This document shows, piece by piece, positions 27,916-40,900 of a DNA stretch of 64,000 bases (position 1 is its first letter; every line of letters starts with the position of its first letter). The notes below the pieces were generated by a model that worked only from the letters and a program-made list of their open reading frames with translations, made no database searches and had not been told where the DNA came from. Position numbers and translations under genes: made by a program. The stretch spans positions 1-64,000 of the IMG/VR virus record IMGVR_UViG_3300007538_000022, one strand, 5' to 3'. Origin of the DNA: a virus.

Positions 27916-30900
27916 TTATACATTAACTTGATAATTCGCAAACAAAATAAATTGTTCACTTGAATTATCTTTTGTTCGTTTTATTATATATCTATCAATA
28001 TCATAATTAATAGTTTGTGGATTATAATCGCTGTTTTTTATGTTTCTTAATATGTTTTCACTTGTGCCAGGTTTACAATAACATATAGGAATAGCCATTT
28101 GATAATCCAGTTCTTGAAATTCTAATTGTGGGCTTCTCATCCATAATGGTAAAAACTCTCTTTCAGTTTTTCCAATAGCTTTTATATTATCTCGCATATT
28201 AGCAATACTTGAAATAAATCGAATTTGATCTTTACTATTACTTACTTTAATTGATGTTGTATCTGCTTTAAAAGTATTTGCATATTTAGGTCTACGTCGC
28301 ATTGGTTCACTATCACCGAGTTCTAAAACTACAGTTGCAGTAGACGAATCTCTTATGATAACTTCAAAATCATTCATATCAGTGTTTACTACTACATCAG
28401 TGTTACGAGTTTCTATAATTAGTTGATCGTTAGATACAATTAAAAATTTTGTAAGATTTCTTCCGTACACTGGTAACAGTTCGGTTCCTAAATTATATCC
28501 AGTAACGTCATCTTTTGCAGCATATTGCAAACTATCTACTGTAATATTATTAGCAGTATTTATAGTGAAGTGTTTTTTAGTTTTTCCAATTTTAGGTACC
28601 GCAGGATCAATAACATCAATATAAATTACTTCATATACAACATCACGAGTTCCAGGTAATATCGCAACTGCATTTTTAAACTCTCCCAATATATATTGTT
28701 TTCGTTTATGATTAGTTGCTGCCGCTGCTACAAATTTGTCTATCTCTTTAACTTCTATGCCGCTATAAACTAGCATGTCTAGATTAAGTTGTAATCCAAA
28801 ATTTTTATCTTGAGGTCTATAAATGCTTTCTGGTGTAAATATGCTTGAGTTACTAATAAATTCTCTATACGATAATCTTGTAGATTCTGCTAACATTGGT
28901 CGCATATAGATGTCTGTATATAAGGTATTATCAAAGTCGTTTACAGATAACTTAAATTCACGTTCAACTGCTGAGTAATTAAATCTATCTCTAGCTTCGA
29001 CTACAAAATGAAATTCTCTATCAAATGACGTATCACTTGATATGCCTCCATCAAACGTAGTAGATCTACTATCAAATATTGTTAACCCAGGTTGTTCGGG
29101 TGAGCTAGTTTGATTGGCAATTCCTATAATTTCCCCACTATACGACATATACATTCCGTATGGGAGTCTACCTGATTTAAATGTATACACTATGCTACTA
29201 TCTGGAACTGTAGTTTCTGCTTTAACAAATAATGTGCTTACATAATCTGAATTTATTGTACCTAAGTCAGAAGGAGTAATCCAATTAATATTCGAATCAA
29301 TTTCTCCAATTACTGTAAGTTCAAATGTCTTAACTGAACTTGGCATAACAACATCATCCTGACTTGCTACTACAAAATCTTTAGTAAAATAGTCGTCTTT
29401 AAGTAACGCTAATCCAATATTTCTGTATATTAGTAATTGCTGTCCAATATTAGTATTAAGTTGTACTTTATCTTCGTTCTCACGAAGAACTTGTATTGTT
29501 GTAAGATCTCCAAAAATATCTTTTATATTTGTTAAATTAGTAGTATGTGCTGTTTGTGGGAGCATTACTGTCCAATTTTTACTTGTTACTGCATTAATAT
29601 AAGCATCATAATTAAATTCATGTTTTAACATTAATAAAGTTGCAGATACTATCTGGGATATTGATAGTTGATTAATAGTTTCGGCGATTTCATCCCAATT
29701 TGATAATTCAAATGTAGAATAAGTATGATCCACTTTACATTTGTATATTTTACCATTTTCTCCTGTAACAATATCTCCTATGAAATAGTTTGTTCCAATA
29801 ACCAAATCATACGGCACATTTATTGGATATATATCGTTTTCACTAGTTATGCTATACTCAATATATGGTGAAACAGAATTAATAGTATATGATACATACT
29901 CACTAAACTTAATAACTCTTTCTTTCACTTGTTCTCGTTGTGCATTTGTAATTCGATTAATAAAAAAGTAATCTTGTCCGGCTGCTGCTGTTCTACTTAA
30001 TTTAAAGTCAATTTGTGCAATTAACGGTTGAGTTAATGTAATTGTGTCATAATCACTATTTGAATCATCTACACTTAATACTGTATACTGATGAACTCCT
30101 AATAAGATTTTTTGATTTACTAAATTTTTTAAATCTTGAAAGTTATCATCGCTTGTTAAATCTAATTTGTATATTTTAAATTTGGTATTTCCAGCAATTA
30201 CATCTTCGTAAAAGTTTGCATAAACAGTTATATGTTCGTCGTCTTGCGTCATTCTAGTTGCACGAATTGTAAACTTATAGTTTTCTGTAACTGCTGGCTG
30301 ATATGGCAATATTCCTGCAATTTCTCCAGATAATGCATCTAATGACAAGCCTGGTGGTAGTTCACTAATTGATCCATCGTCATTAAGATCCTCAAGGGTA
30401 TACACAGGTAATCCATCTAATGTTTCATTATGAATAATATCTAAAACTAATATAGTGTAATTATCGGCTCGTTTAAATCCTAGATTACGAGGAGTAATCC
30501 ATACTGGAGTACGTACATTAGTATTATCTGCAGTGAAAATTCCTGTAGCTGCATGCGTAATAGTATTGTCTGCGGTTAAGAAATCATCACCAACAACATA
30601 TATTGTAAAGTCACGCCTTACATACCAATCACCATCTGTTACTGTTACAGTGAATGGATAGTATCTATTTAATTTTATAGGCTGTCTTTCAGTTTCGCTA
30701 AAATCATATGGAACACTATCAAAATAATAGCTTGCAAATCCATTTGAACTTGGAACATAAAAATCTAACGGGTATTTGGAATACGGAGCCGTATCGTACC
30801 CTCCTCCTTGATATATTTTTTCTAGACTTAATAAAGGTTCAACAATGCCTTGTATTCTACCATCTTTAGATAGTGTTAATCCTGGTGGCAGTTCACCGTC

Positions 30901-32280
30901 ATGTTTTCCAATAAAAAATTCTAATTCATCTCCTGCCGGTATGTCAGAATCTGTTGCAATAAGTTGATAATCAACTATTTCATTATCTAATACGAATACA
31001 CTTTTCTTATTAGGATTAACAGGTAACAATCCAGCATTAGTTTGCCATTCGGGTGAATCAGGACCTATTACTAGTACTTCTAATGTTCTATCTTCAAATA
31101 AATCATTAAAGTATGCTCTAACAACAAATGTACTTAACTCATTATGCTGGACTTCAAATACTGTTCCAGTTATTCGATTTTTATTTAAACGCAAACCTCT
31201 AGGAAGTTTGCCACTAATTATTTCAGTATCAACAGTAGTTGAAGTTACTAACGGTAGTAATATATCTGTTGGTCTACGCTCAACTATTGTTCCTAAATTT
31301 GAGCCTGTTGGCACTTTCCATATAGTCGATAGCTCTGTGCTTGCAGAAGTTGGTTGATTAACATATGTTATTTTTTGTTTAGTACTAGGGCCAATGATAT
31401 ATGGATATGCCGGTGCACTTAATGTATCATCTGTAAATGTTACAAAATATGCGTAAGTACCTTTTGGATATTCAGGAGTTACACAATATCGTCCATTATA
31501 CTCGTCTAAGTCGCCGTTACTATAATAAAATACATAATCATCAACAAACGCTCCTGCAGTAAATGATAATGTGCCAAAAGTTGTTGATAATGTTTTGTCA
31601 TATTTCCAATCAGAAGGTCTATGAGTATCTTTAATTTTAGTTCGATACGAACTTAATAAAAGTTTTGTTCCACTATACTGATTAATAGATGTTTTGTATC
31701 CGTATGGTCCGTAGATTGGATACCCATCAAAACAAAATCCTAAAATTTTACTATGTCCGTCTGAATGTCTAAAAAAATCACTATTAAAATTAGTAGTCCT
31801 ATAATAATCATTACTAAAGTTATAAAATCGTTGAATACTCCATCCATTTGTTAGAAATGCACCGTCTCGATAAGTATACTCGTTTACCGATGTGCTTATT
31901 TGTTCTGTTACACCGTGTGCCGGATCGATAGTAAAAACACTTGGAAAATGACCTCGGTTTATTGTAAAACCTGATGGCATTGCAATATTATTGTTTGGGA
32001 TAGTAGATTCTGTTGAATACGGTTTTATTAAAACTCCATTTGCCAAAATACCAACATAATTATCAAACACTTTTTGTGGATTTTGTGTATTTGTTCCGCA
32101 TCTGTCTACAAATGAAAATTTATAATCTTGTAACGTAACTCCATTTATATTTGCATTTGCAGGGAAAGGGTTTCCATTACTTTCAACTGACAGTACTCCT
32201 TGCAATGTTGAAAATATCGACCTACTATTGTAAGAGCCTTGCCGAACATTTATACTTATTAGTTTTGGGTCAAATGCCAT
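27916..32280 (-). CDS. Large baseplate-type structural protein with YHYH-like domain and Ig-like repeats
   Basis: HSKILGFCFDGYPIYGPYG, DLDEYNGR..TPEYP.GTYAY; repeated G.LP.GL.L...G.I.G units. Confidence 0.7.
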   Translation of the reverse strand: MAFDPKLISINVRQGSYNSRSIFSTLQGVLSVESNGNPFPANANINGVTLQDYKFSFVDRCGTNTQNPQKVFDNYVGILANGVLIKPYSTESTIPNNNIAMPSGFTINRGHFPSVFTIDPAHGVTEQISTSVNEYTYRDGAFLTNGWSIQRFYNFSNDYYRTTNFNSDFFRHSDGHSKILGFCFDGYPIYGPYGYKTSINQYSGTKLLLSSYRTKIKDTHRPSDWKYDKTLSTTFGTLSFTAGAFVDDYVFYYSNGDLDEYNGRYCVTPEYPKGTYAYFVTFTDDTLSAPAYPYIIGPSTKQKITYVNQPTSASTELSTIWKVPTGSNLGTIVERRPTDILLPLVTSTTVDTEIISGKLPRGLRLNKNRITGTVFEVQHNELSTFVVRAYFNDLFEDRTLEVLVIGPDSPEWQTNAGLLPVNPNKKSVFVLDNEIVDYQLIATDSDIPAGDELEFFIGKHDGELPPGLTLSKDGRIQGIVEPLLSLEKIYQGGGYDTAPYSKYPLDFYVPSSNGFASYYFDSVPYDFSETERQPIKLNRYYPFTVTVTDGDWYVRRDFTIYVVGDDFLTADNTITHAATGIFTADNTNVRTPVWITPRNLGFKRADNYTILVLDIIHNETLDGLPVYTLEDLNDDGSISELPPGLSLDALSGEIAGILPYQPAVTENYKFTIRATRMTQDDEHITVYANFYEDVIAGNTKFKIYKLDLTSDDNFQDLKNLVNQKILLGVHQYTVLSVDDSNSDYDTITLTQPLIAQIDFKLSRTAAAGQDYFFINRITNAQREQVKERVIKFSEYVSYTINSVSPYIEYSITSENDIYPINVPYDLVIGTNYFIGDIVTGENGKIYKCKVDHTYSTFELSNWDEIAETINQLSISQIVSATLLMLKHEFNYDAYINAVTSKNWTVMLPQTAHTTNLTNIKDIFGDLTTIQVLRENEDKVQLNTNIGQQLLIYRNIGLALLKDDYFTKDFVVASQDDVVMPSSVKTFELTVIGEIDSNINWITPSDLGTINSDYVSTLFVKAETTVPDSSIVYTFKSGRLPYGMYMSYSGEIIGIANQTSSPEQPGLTIFDSRSTTFDGGISSDTSFDREFHFVVEARDRFNYSAVEREFKLSVNDFDNTLYTDIYMRPMLAESTRLSYREFISNSSIFTPESIYRPQDKNFGLQLNLDMLVYSGIEVKEIDKFVAAAATNHKRKQYILGEFKNAVAILPGTRDVVYEVIYIDVIDPAVPKIGKTKKHFTINTANNITVDSLQYAAKDDVTGYNLGTELLPVYGRNLTKFLIVSNDQLIIETRNTDVVVNTDMNDFEVIIRDSSTATVVLELGDSEPMRRRPKYANTFKADTTSIKVSNSKDQIRFISSIANMRDNIKAIGKTEREFLPLWMRSPQLEFQELDYQMAIPICYCKPGTSENILRNIKNSDYNPQTINYDIDRYIIKRTKDNSSEQFILFANYQVNV

Positions 32281-32296
32281 TTAATCTTCCTTTGTA

Positions 32297-32992
32297 TTAT
32301 ACTTGTCCAAAATCAATTATTGCTAACGATGGTGATTCAAATGTTCCCATATCAATAGTAGATTCGTGTGCTAACCATTCAATTGTAGTGTTAAACTTGG
32401 GATAAATATCTCCAAATTCCATATTTTCAAAATATGCAGAATACTGTGAAAAGTCAGATCCATTTAATGTTCCATAAAATGATCCTGTAACTCGTGCAGC
32501 ATCGATGATGCCCACTGTATAAAAATTATGCCCTTGTGCATTTAAACTGTTAGATAATTTAGGAAACGGATCAGTTTCTAATTTTGAAACAGTATTATCT
32601 ATAACAAGATAATCTCCTTCTATTTTAGTTTTAATTCCATCCCCACCTACAATTTTCAGTTCAGAGTTAGCAGTTAAGTTTATATAGTTTTCATCTGCAG
32701 ATATTGTAATATTAGCAAGATTTTCATTTGGAACACTAATAGTGATAGCAGAGTCTGACGACTCTAACACTACATTAGATCCACTAACTAATTTTTTAAA
32801 TTGTAAATCGTATATTAACTTTTGGGAAAAGATGCCTTCTCCTTCCCCTTCGATATTCGATGCAGTTACGTCACCGGTGATTCTTAAATCAAGTTCTTCA
32901 AAATTTTGATTAACTTTTATAAATGCTTCTCTTAGATCATCGCCTGTTCCGTCGTTTGCAATGTATCCTATATTAATTAATTCTATTGCCAT
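32297..32992 (-). CDS. Tail/baseplate protein with T4 gp9/gp10-like N-terminus
   Basis: INIG..ANDGTGDDLREAFIKVNQNF. Confidence 0.7.
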   Translation of the reverse strand: MAIELINIGYIANDGTGDDLREAFIKVNQNFEELDLRITGDVTASNIEGEGEGIFSQKLIYDLQFKKLVSGSNVVLESSDSAITISVPNENLANITISADENYINLTANSELKIVGGDGIKTKIEGDYLVIDNTVSKLETDPFPKLSNSLNAQGHNFYTVGIIDAARVTGSFYGTLNGSDFSQYSAYFENMEFGDIYPKFNTTIEWLAHESTIDMGTFESPSLAIIDFGQV

Positions 32993-33004
32993 TGTTATTT
33001 CCCT

Positions 33005-34345
33005 TTAAGCAATCTGTAACCAGATATTATTTAAATAAATCATTAAATGTTGTAATCCTGATCCAGTTGGATTCCAACTAATTCCATCCGATACTGCTAT
33101 TGTTCCAGGAGCAGGTTGTGATGGGATTGATCCTGGCATTAATACTAGCTGTTCTGATAACAGTTCAAATATATTAGCATATGGTGATGATATCGAGCCG
33201 TCTACTACATTAACTACTTGTGTAGAGTCATCTGCGTAAATTGACCCTACTACATCGCTGTGTAGCACTCCTGAATTTTGTGTAATTTCTTTTGTTGTTG
33301 GATTATAAAATAATAAACTTTGTGTAGATTCTACTCTAATAGGGTCAACAAAAAAACCTTCGTTTAACGAATTTAATATCGACGTTGATAAAATTATCGA
33401 GTTACTATGTTGCTTCGTAAATCCTGCACGATTTCCTATTGCAATACAATTAGAGCCTTGTAACTGATACCCTGCTTCTACTCCAATTGCAATACTGTAT
33501 GAATTTTGATCTATTTGCCCTGCAGATGTTCCGATAGCGATAGCATGTCTTTCTTGATTTTGATACCCTGACTGTACACCGATTGCTATTGCATTAGGTT
33601 GTTGATCAACATCACCTGCAAATATACCTAAAGAAATTCTATCTTCTCTACTCCGAATACTTTCTGCGTCAACATGACCGAAATAAGTGCTAGTACCTAT
33701 ATCTATTAATTTACTGCTATCATCATTATAAATATCACCTCTAATATCTAACAGAACATAGTCGGCTAAACTTTTAATATTTTCAATTTCAGCTATTAAT
33801 GTGCTAGATGTTACTACTTGTAAATCATCGACAAAGTTTGACAACGATGACGGAGCATCTTCAATTTTACTATACGAAATGGTTCCTGATAATGCATCTA
33901 CTATTATTTCACCGGATGACGAGTACAGTGAACCAACTAATGCAGTGGCGTTAATTTCTCTAAAAGGTCGAGCAGATGTGCCTATTAGTCCAACATTAGG
34001 AGTTTCTGGAATAATAACACCGTTTAATATAATAGATGTTACAGATATTTGACCCATATTTTCTAATGACCTAAACTCAACTCCATCTCCTCTTTCGTTT
34101 ACTTTTAAAAACGACCCTTCATTTCCAGTATAAGATGATGGAGTATCTACTAAATCTAAAACTGTTTGTGCTTTAATACTATTGCCATTAACTGTAATAG
34201 CAGCAGCATTAATAGTACCAATTGCATCAATGTTTTGTACATTTACTATGCTTGAGTCTTGGAGATTTAGATTATCGCCTGCAGGAAGTTCTTTAACTTG
34301 GTTACTGTTAGATGTGTCTAACACTAGTGGAAATCTATTGCTCAT
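33005..34345 (-). CDS. Tail fibre protein with YadA-head-like repeats
   Basis: 14-residue AIAIG..AG..Q repeats. Confidence 0.65.
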   Translation of the reverse strand: MSNRFPLVLDTSNSNQVKELPAGDNLNLQDSSIVNVQNIDAIGTINAAAITVNGNSIKAQTVLDLVDTPSSYTGNEGSFLKVNERGDGVEFRSLENMGQISVTSIILNGVIIPETPNVGLIGTSARPFREINATALVGSLYSSSGEIIVDALSGTISYSKIEDAPSSLSNFVDDLQVVTSSTLIAEIENIKSLADYVLLDIRGDIYNDDSSKLIDIGTSTYFGHVDAESIRSREDRISLGIFAGDVDQQPNAIAIGVQSGYQNQERHAIAIGTSAGQIDQNSYSIAIGVEAGYQLQGSNCIAIGNRAGFTKQHSNSIILSTSILNSLNEGFFVDPIRVESTQSLLFYNPTTKEITQNSGVLHSDVVGSIYADDSTQVVNVVDGSISSPYANIFELLSEQLVLMPGSIPSQPAPGTIAVSDGISWNPTGSGLQHLMIYLNNIWLQIA

Positions 34346-34383
34346 GTATGTATCCTATTTTTATATATTTATCGCACACCTTA

Positions 34384-34893
34384 TCACCAAGTATCAGTTG
34401 ACCAGGCAATCCGTTTCCATATATCAGCTTCTCCTGTTGTGTATGTTTCTACACAATAATATATGTATGTAGAGTCTACTGATATTGCTCCTTGTGTATC
34501 TAATACTTGACCTTTACTAGTAACAGGTACACTAAATTGTATTACTAAATCTCCTGCTACTATTATATTACCTAATACTGTTAGATTTGAATTAAACACA
34601 ATATCATCGGACGAATTATTAGCTAAAAATTCAGTATCGTTAATATAAGAGCTTAATGTATTTGGCACAGAAAACTCTATAACATTATCAGTTTCGTTAT
34701 AAGACACTGTTATGTTTTCTTGAACTCCATTAGTTATTATATCGGAAAGAGACTGCTGTGCTGTTTCACTAGTAAGAGCTGTAGTTTCGTACAACTCTGT
34801 AAAATTATCATTGATTTTATCAAATGCAATTCTTAATGGGTCTCCATCACCTCTATTGGGACTAGTCCCTAAATTTATTAATTGTATAGTCAT
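34384..34893 (-). CDS. Tail/baseplate protein with gp9/gp10-like N-terminus
   Basis: INLG..PNRGDGDPLRIAFDKINDNF; C-terminal YIYYC..WKR. Confidence 0.7.
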   Translation of the reverse strand: MTIQLINLGTSPNRGDGDPLRIAFDKINDNFTELYETTALTSETAQQSLSDIITNGVQENITVSYNETDNVIEFSVPNTLSSYINDTEFLANNSSDDIVFNSNLTVLGNIIVAGDLVIQFSVPVTSKGQVLDTQGAISVDSTYIYYCVETYTTGEADIWKRIAWSTDTW

Positions 34894-34922
34894 ATTTTAT
34901 TCCTTATTGTTAGCAACTAATC

Positions 34923-37900
34923 TTAGTGTTTACCAACAACTACTTCGATCATTCCACGTTCGGTATCGAACTTATTTGTTAGTGCTTTTCCTATTATTGT
35001 ACCTGGAATTGCAGAATCTATAGCACACGCATACTCAGATATAGAGCTTGATACTAATAGATCTCCTTTTTTAACTTTTCCTACTACTTTACACATTACT
35101 CGACCTTGTAATGCTAATGGAATAACAAAATTTCCATCTAACGACGAGTTCATTAAGTGTGCAGGATTTTCAGATACAATACCTGCAACTCGTGTATCAG
35201 ATTTAATATTTGTAGTAGTTAATTCATATTCTCCACCAAAGATTAAAACAGTGCCAAATGTATAATAGTTATCTGCTAAATAATTTTCAGCTAAGTCAGC
35301 ATACCTAGCAGTAGTTGCAGTCCCGTTAAACAATGTTGCGTATACAGTGTTGTATACTAAATTTGATGCTCCAATGTTATATACATTTGTAGTGTCTGGT
35401 TTTACACCTGTACGGTCAAAAATAAACGGTGTAACACTAGAGTTTGATCCAGTATTTGCTGTTACAATTGCAACTTGTCCTGCAGTTGTTTTACCTGTTC
35501 CAGCTCCTAATGCAATTCCTGTAGATGCTGCTGTTTTTTCTTCTTGTGCTTCAATAAAACTGCTGTAAATCCAATTAGTTGATAAGAAACTCTGGTTATT
35601 GTAAGTTGACAAGCTTTGCAATACACTCTGTGATCCAGCATCGTCGCCTATTGACAAATTTCCATAAAAAGTTACATCAGGATATGTAGGTGATGTTCCT
35701 CCAGACCCGCCGACAGCAGTTAAAATTAAACCTTGAGAAGGAGTTTTTAAATTTAACATAGTACCTGTTAGCGACATTACTTCGTAGCTAGAGTCGTTAC
35801 CTATTATTAAGGATCGAGCATGAACACTACCGTTTGTATTTGTTTTTACTAAACTGTTAGCTTCGCCGGTAATTGATATATTACTTATTCCAAAAGTACC
35901 AGTTGACAATTTAACTAATGCAGAGCCTGGATCTTGTGCTGCTGGTATTTCTGTTGTAAAGTTACTTGGGAGCAGTGCGCCTCCTTCTGTAACTACTGTA
36001 GAAAAAGATATTTGCTCTATATGTGCAGACCCAGTATCGTTTGCCCAATTTCCTAATACTTTATTATTTTCAATTCTGGCAATTTTATTAAAATCAATTC
36101 CATTGTCAGCAAGAGAAATCCATCCATTTGATGCAGTAAATACCGTGCTGTTAAACGATGCAACTCCTAATTCTGATTGCGTGAGTCCGGTTGCATTACT
36201 TCGTGTAGTTGCTGCATTAAGTAATAATTTACTTTGTACAATCCCTGCTGTTGCAGAAACATCGCTATTAACAATAGTATTTGGTTTAATTTGGAAATTA
36301 ATTGTCGAATATTTTTCAGTAACTTCGTTATTAACTACAGTTAATGTATTAATATTTGTAAATGATATATCACTTAAATTATCATGTACAGCATTCGCCC
36401 ATTCATCAACTGGTCCTGATAATATTACAGCTTCTGCTCCTCCGACGACTTGAACAGTATCCACCGCAGGAGAATCTCCTTCAGGTTTACCATCACTAAA
36501 TACTCCAGATACTGGAGTATAAATTATCTCAGTTAAGTTTGTTCCTAAACTTTGAAAATCTCTAGTTCCTAAAATAGTACCAACTGCTCCAGTAACTGAT
36601 CCTACCATCTGATCATTAACTTCAAACGGACCGTTTACAATCGAACCTGAAATTACAAATATTTTTTTGTAACCTGTACTAATTAATAGCTGACCATTTG
36701 ATATATTTGTAATATCAACGTCGTTCATATCTGCTAACAATTCACTACTACTGTTAGCTAATATCAAGTCGTCAACGTAAATTTTAGTAGCAACATCTGA
36801 ATCGTTAGTAGGAGCTTTTAAATTAGTAATAGTGTTACTACCAGCATTTAAATCTCCAGTTAAAATAGTTGAGCCATCTGCTGCAATTGCACCTGGGCCG
36901 ATTTTATTAACTATAACATTTCCATTTGTATCAAATCCTAGTCTTCGATTAATGTATCCTCGAACGGCACTTTCAGTAGGTACTGTATCAGATGCATTGT
37001 CAGCCATTGCAGTGTCTGTGGAAAATTCAGTAATAACAACTCCACGCTTGAATCCTAATCCATCAACATCGGAAAGTGCAATGTTAGCAGCAAACGAAAC
37101 TGTGCCTGTACCTTGGTCTACACTAAAGAATCTTCCAGCTCTAAAAACACCATCCTGATCTGTTGATGTATAAAATACACGGCCTTTATTAATTTCTGTA
37201 ACTTCTTTAGAGCTGTCTTTTTCACTTGGGCTTCCGAAAATTACATTTGGGAAATTAGTATTGTTATAACTACCTGTACCTATGTCTAAGAAATCATGCC
37301 CAGTTACTCGACATGTTGAAATACCTACAGTAATGTTTCCAGTTTGATTTGCTTTCAACCCTGCTCTAATAGTAATATTTTCTGATCCGTAGATAACTGG
37401 AAGTGCTATACCTGTAGAGTCTGTTTGGTTAATAGTTTCAATATCTTCTAGATCAACAAGTGCATACGCTATATTTTCTGAAACAGGGACTTCGTTTCCT
37501 TCTGAATCAACACCTCGATAATTAAACACATAATGTGTTTTTCCACCCCATGATATAATAGGTGCTTCTACTAATGTTTCTGGTCTCCACCCTAATGGCC
37601 TAAATCCTTCAGGTGTCTTGCTATTATTGTTTAATCGATATATTTCATTAGTGTCAGAAACTGGTTGCAGTGCTAACCGCACATCTCCTATTGTTGCACC
37701 TTTAGTTGTACCTGAGCCGGCTAATTCACTAGTTTGAGCTCTTGCACTGTCAATGATTAATCGAATATAGTCGTAACCTTCATCAAAACTAACTTGTGCA
37801 GTTCCATCTGGCAATTCATTGCCTATACTATCGCTAGTTAAAAATGATATCGAACGATATACAGTATCAGTATTTTCATCAAAGACTATAGCAGTTGACG

Positions 37901-40900
37901 GTCTAATTGCTATTAATTCTTGTGATTTAATATCTGAAATTATATGTGTTTGATTTCTTCTATAATTTATTATTTTACCATATGGAACATTTTCTAATAA
38001 ACCGTTACGACTAAATTGAGTTTCGCTAGTAGAAAAATTCAATTTATATACACGACCGTCAAACATCGGAGTCGACGCTTCAACTTTAATAGTACCTGCA
38101 ATTGAAAATGCTGTAATAATTCCAGTTAATGCTACAGGATCACCATTATCAATTTCAGTTACTGTAATAATAGCATCATGTTCTACACTAGTACCTCCTA
38201 ATAAGTTACCGTCAACTGTAATAGTATCTCCTACTGTAAAGTTTGTACCGTTTGAAATTATATCTGCAGAATACCCATTGTGAATAGTTTTATAAATTGT
38301 AAATACTGCATTGTTAGCAAGAGGATTAGTTACATCTTTAGTAACTGGAATCGATGTTCCTACATTTTCGTATCTTCCTACACACGCATTAGTTTTTTCT
38401 ACGTTTGCTACTTCGTATCTAGCAAAGATTTGTTTAGTTTCATGATATATGTCAAATTCAGATCTTGATGATGGAACATCTTTAAAATCGAATGCATACA
38501 AGAACAATTTTTCCAATTGGTTTGTGTACCCATCTGGATCAATTGAAACTGGCACACTGTTTGCACCTAATGCTACAGAAGTAGGAGCTCCAAGTGCTGT
38601 TTCAGTAATTTCCAATTCATTAGTTAAATCAAATGCTCCTTGAACATTGATAAGATAAATTACAGTTGACCCTGAAGTATCGCTTGAATCAACTACAACT
38701 GTGCCGAAAGCACCGCTACTCACTTGCGTTAATACTTGCCCTTGTTCAACTACTACACCCCCAGATAATGTTAAAATAACATTAGCATTAAAAGTTCTAG
38801 CTGATTGAACCATATCTTGAGCTAGAAAAATATCATCTGGAATTTCATTTGGGTCAAACCCATCTGCTACTAATCCATATTCACCGTAACAACTTGAACT
38901 AGACAAAGACCTAATTTGTGATCCATTTTTTGAATAGTATGATGCCCAGCAATAATATGTAAACATTGATACTAGTTCTGACAATGCCCCATTAGCAACT
39001 ACTAATCCATAACCTAAATCGTTAATATTAGTAAAGTCATTACCTAATATTGATCTATTACCTGCAGTTTGCAATGTAATAGGAATTGGACTAGATAAAT
39101 CATTTAAGTTAACACCTGTAGATAAACTACTAGTTACTCCAGAAAAACCAAGATTGTTATTTGAACTATAATCTAATTTTAATTCTGCTATACCTAAATC
39201 TGGATCATATTGTGCAATTGCATTAACTTGAAATCGTTTTCCATCTATATAAAACACGCTAGGTGTTTCAGGTCTACGGACGAATAATCCTTGTGGTTCT
39301 GCTTGAGATCCATAACTCTGAACCATAATTCTAAATGGATCTCCATCTATTTTTTCATATACTTGAACAGCAGTATTTCCCACAAATGCATCTACAAAGA
39401 TACCACCACTGAATGATTGTTTGTTTGATGATTTTGAAAACGACGAAGATCCTTGAATATATGGTGATTTTGTTAATACTTGGCCTTCAGGATCAAGTAC
39501 TCCCATAAATCCTCCATGACCGTGAACTGATATGTTCCTAATCATAGTTGCATCATTTAATAAAAATACATCTAAGTCTTTATTGTTTAGTGGAGGATTA
39601 TATTCACCATCAAACCAATAAACAATAGTATCTATTAAATTTTCAGTTGCAGCATAAACACCGTCAATTTCTCTCCAATAATTAATACTTTCTAAATAAT
39701 CAAATTCTAATGATGACGTATGTGTTTTTGTTGCAACATAATAGTAATATACACCCGATGCTAAAACTTTAACAACTTCTTTTTCTTTATAAAGCGTACT
39801 TGGAGCCCATTCAAACGGATCAGCAATTCCTAATGAAATATCGTGATCGTATGTTTTAGTTGATTCAGTTCCATATGTTAATACCGGTTCTTCTGCGTTG
39901 TACAATTGTGTTAATAGCGTGTTTATAAAACGAATTGAATTATTAATTTCAGAAGTTGCATTATAACGATTCGCAATATCGTAGAATTTTCCTTGAAGTT
40001 CTAAAGCATATTCATTGCCACCGTTATTTAAATCATTAATTAATCCATCAATAATAAGACCTATATTTTTGAAAAAGATCGATCTTGAATAATCTCCAGA
40101 TAGTACATATGCAGGGAAAAAATATTCTACATAATTTGTAGCTTGTTCCTGTAAAAAAAGTTTGTTAACACGAATAATTTCAGTAGCAGCTACCCATCTT
40201 CCAACATTCTCATAGACACTGCCAACATTTTTAGTCAATGCTGGATCAGTGAGATAATGTCTGCCAAAGTATCCGTCAACTCGTTGAGTTAACGGATTTA
40301 TATATTCAACACCATTTGGAACTTTAGTAACAGTTAACACAATATCTGCAGCACCGTTGTTACCTAATTGTGCATCTTTTATAAATATTCTTTCATCTTT
40401 TTGAAATGATGTTCCAAACTCTAATATTTCTACATTTGAAATCTCACCTCCGCTTCCTACTGTTATTCTAAATACTGCATCTTTTCCAAAAAACTCTGAA
40501 ATGTAAGAACTTACAGTATATGTACCGGGTATGCGATATACATCAGTTTGAGCATCGTATGTAATAGTTTCTATATTACTTTTACCTAATACCATACCGT
40601 CAAATTCTGCATCACGATAAAAATACATATCAGCCCAAATAGATTGAGATATTCTATTTTTAGGTTTAATAACACATCTACGTAATTCGTCCCCGCAGAT
40701 TGATACATTCGGAGGTAATCGTATAGGGAAATCTTCTTCATATACGCCAGATTCAACAAATATAGCAATATGATTATTTCTTACAATATTACCATATTCC
40801 AGTTCTTCGCCATTTTCAAACTCAATTGGTTCTAATAGCTGAACATCTATCTCATCTGTTTCAAGTAAACTAACTGCTCTAGGCCCTGCTTCGTACTTAT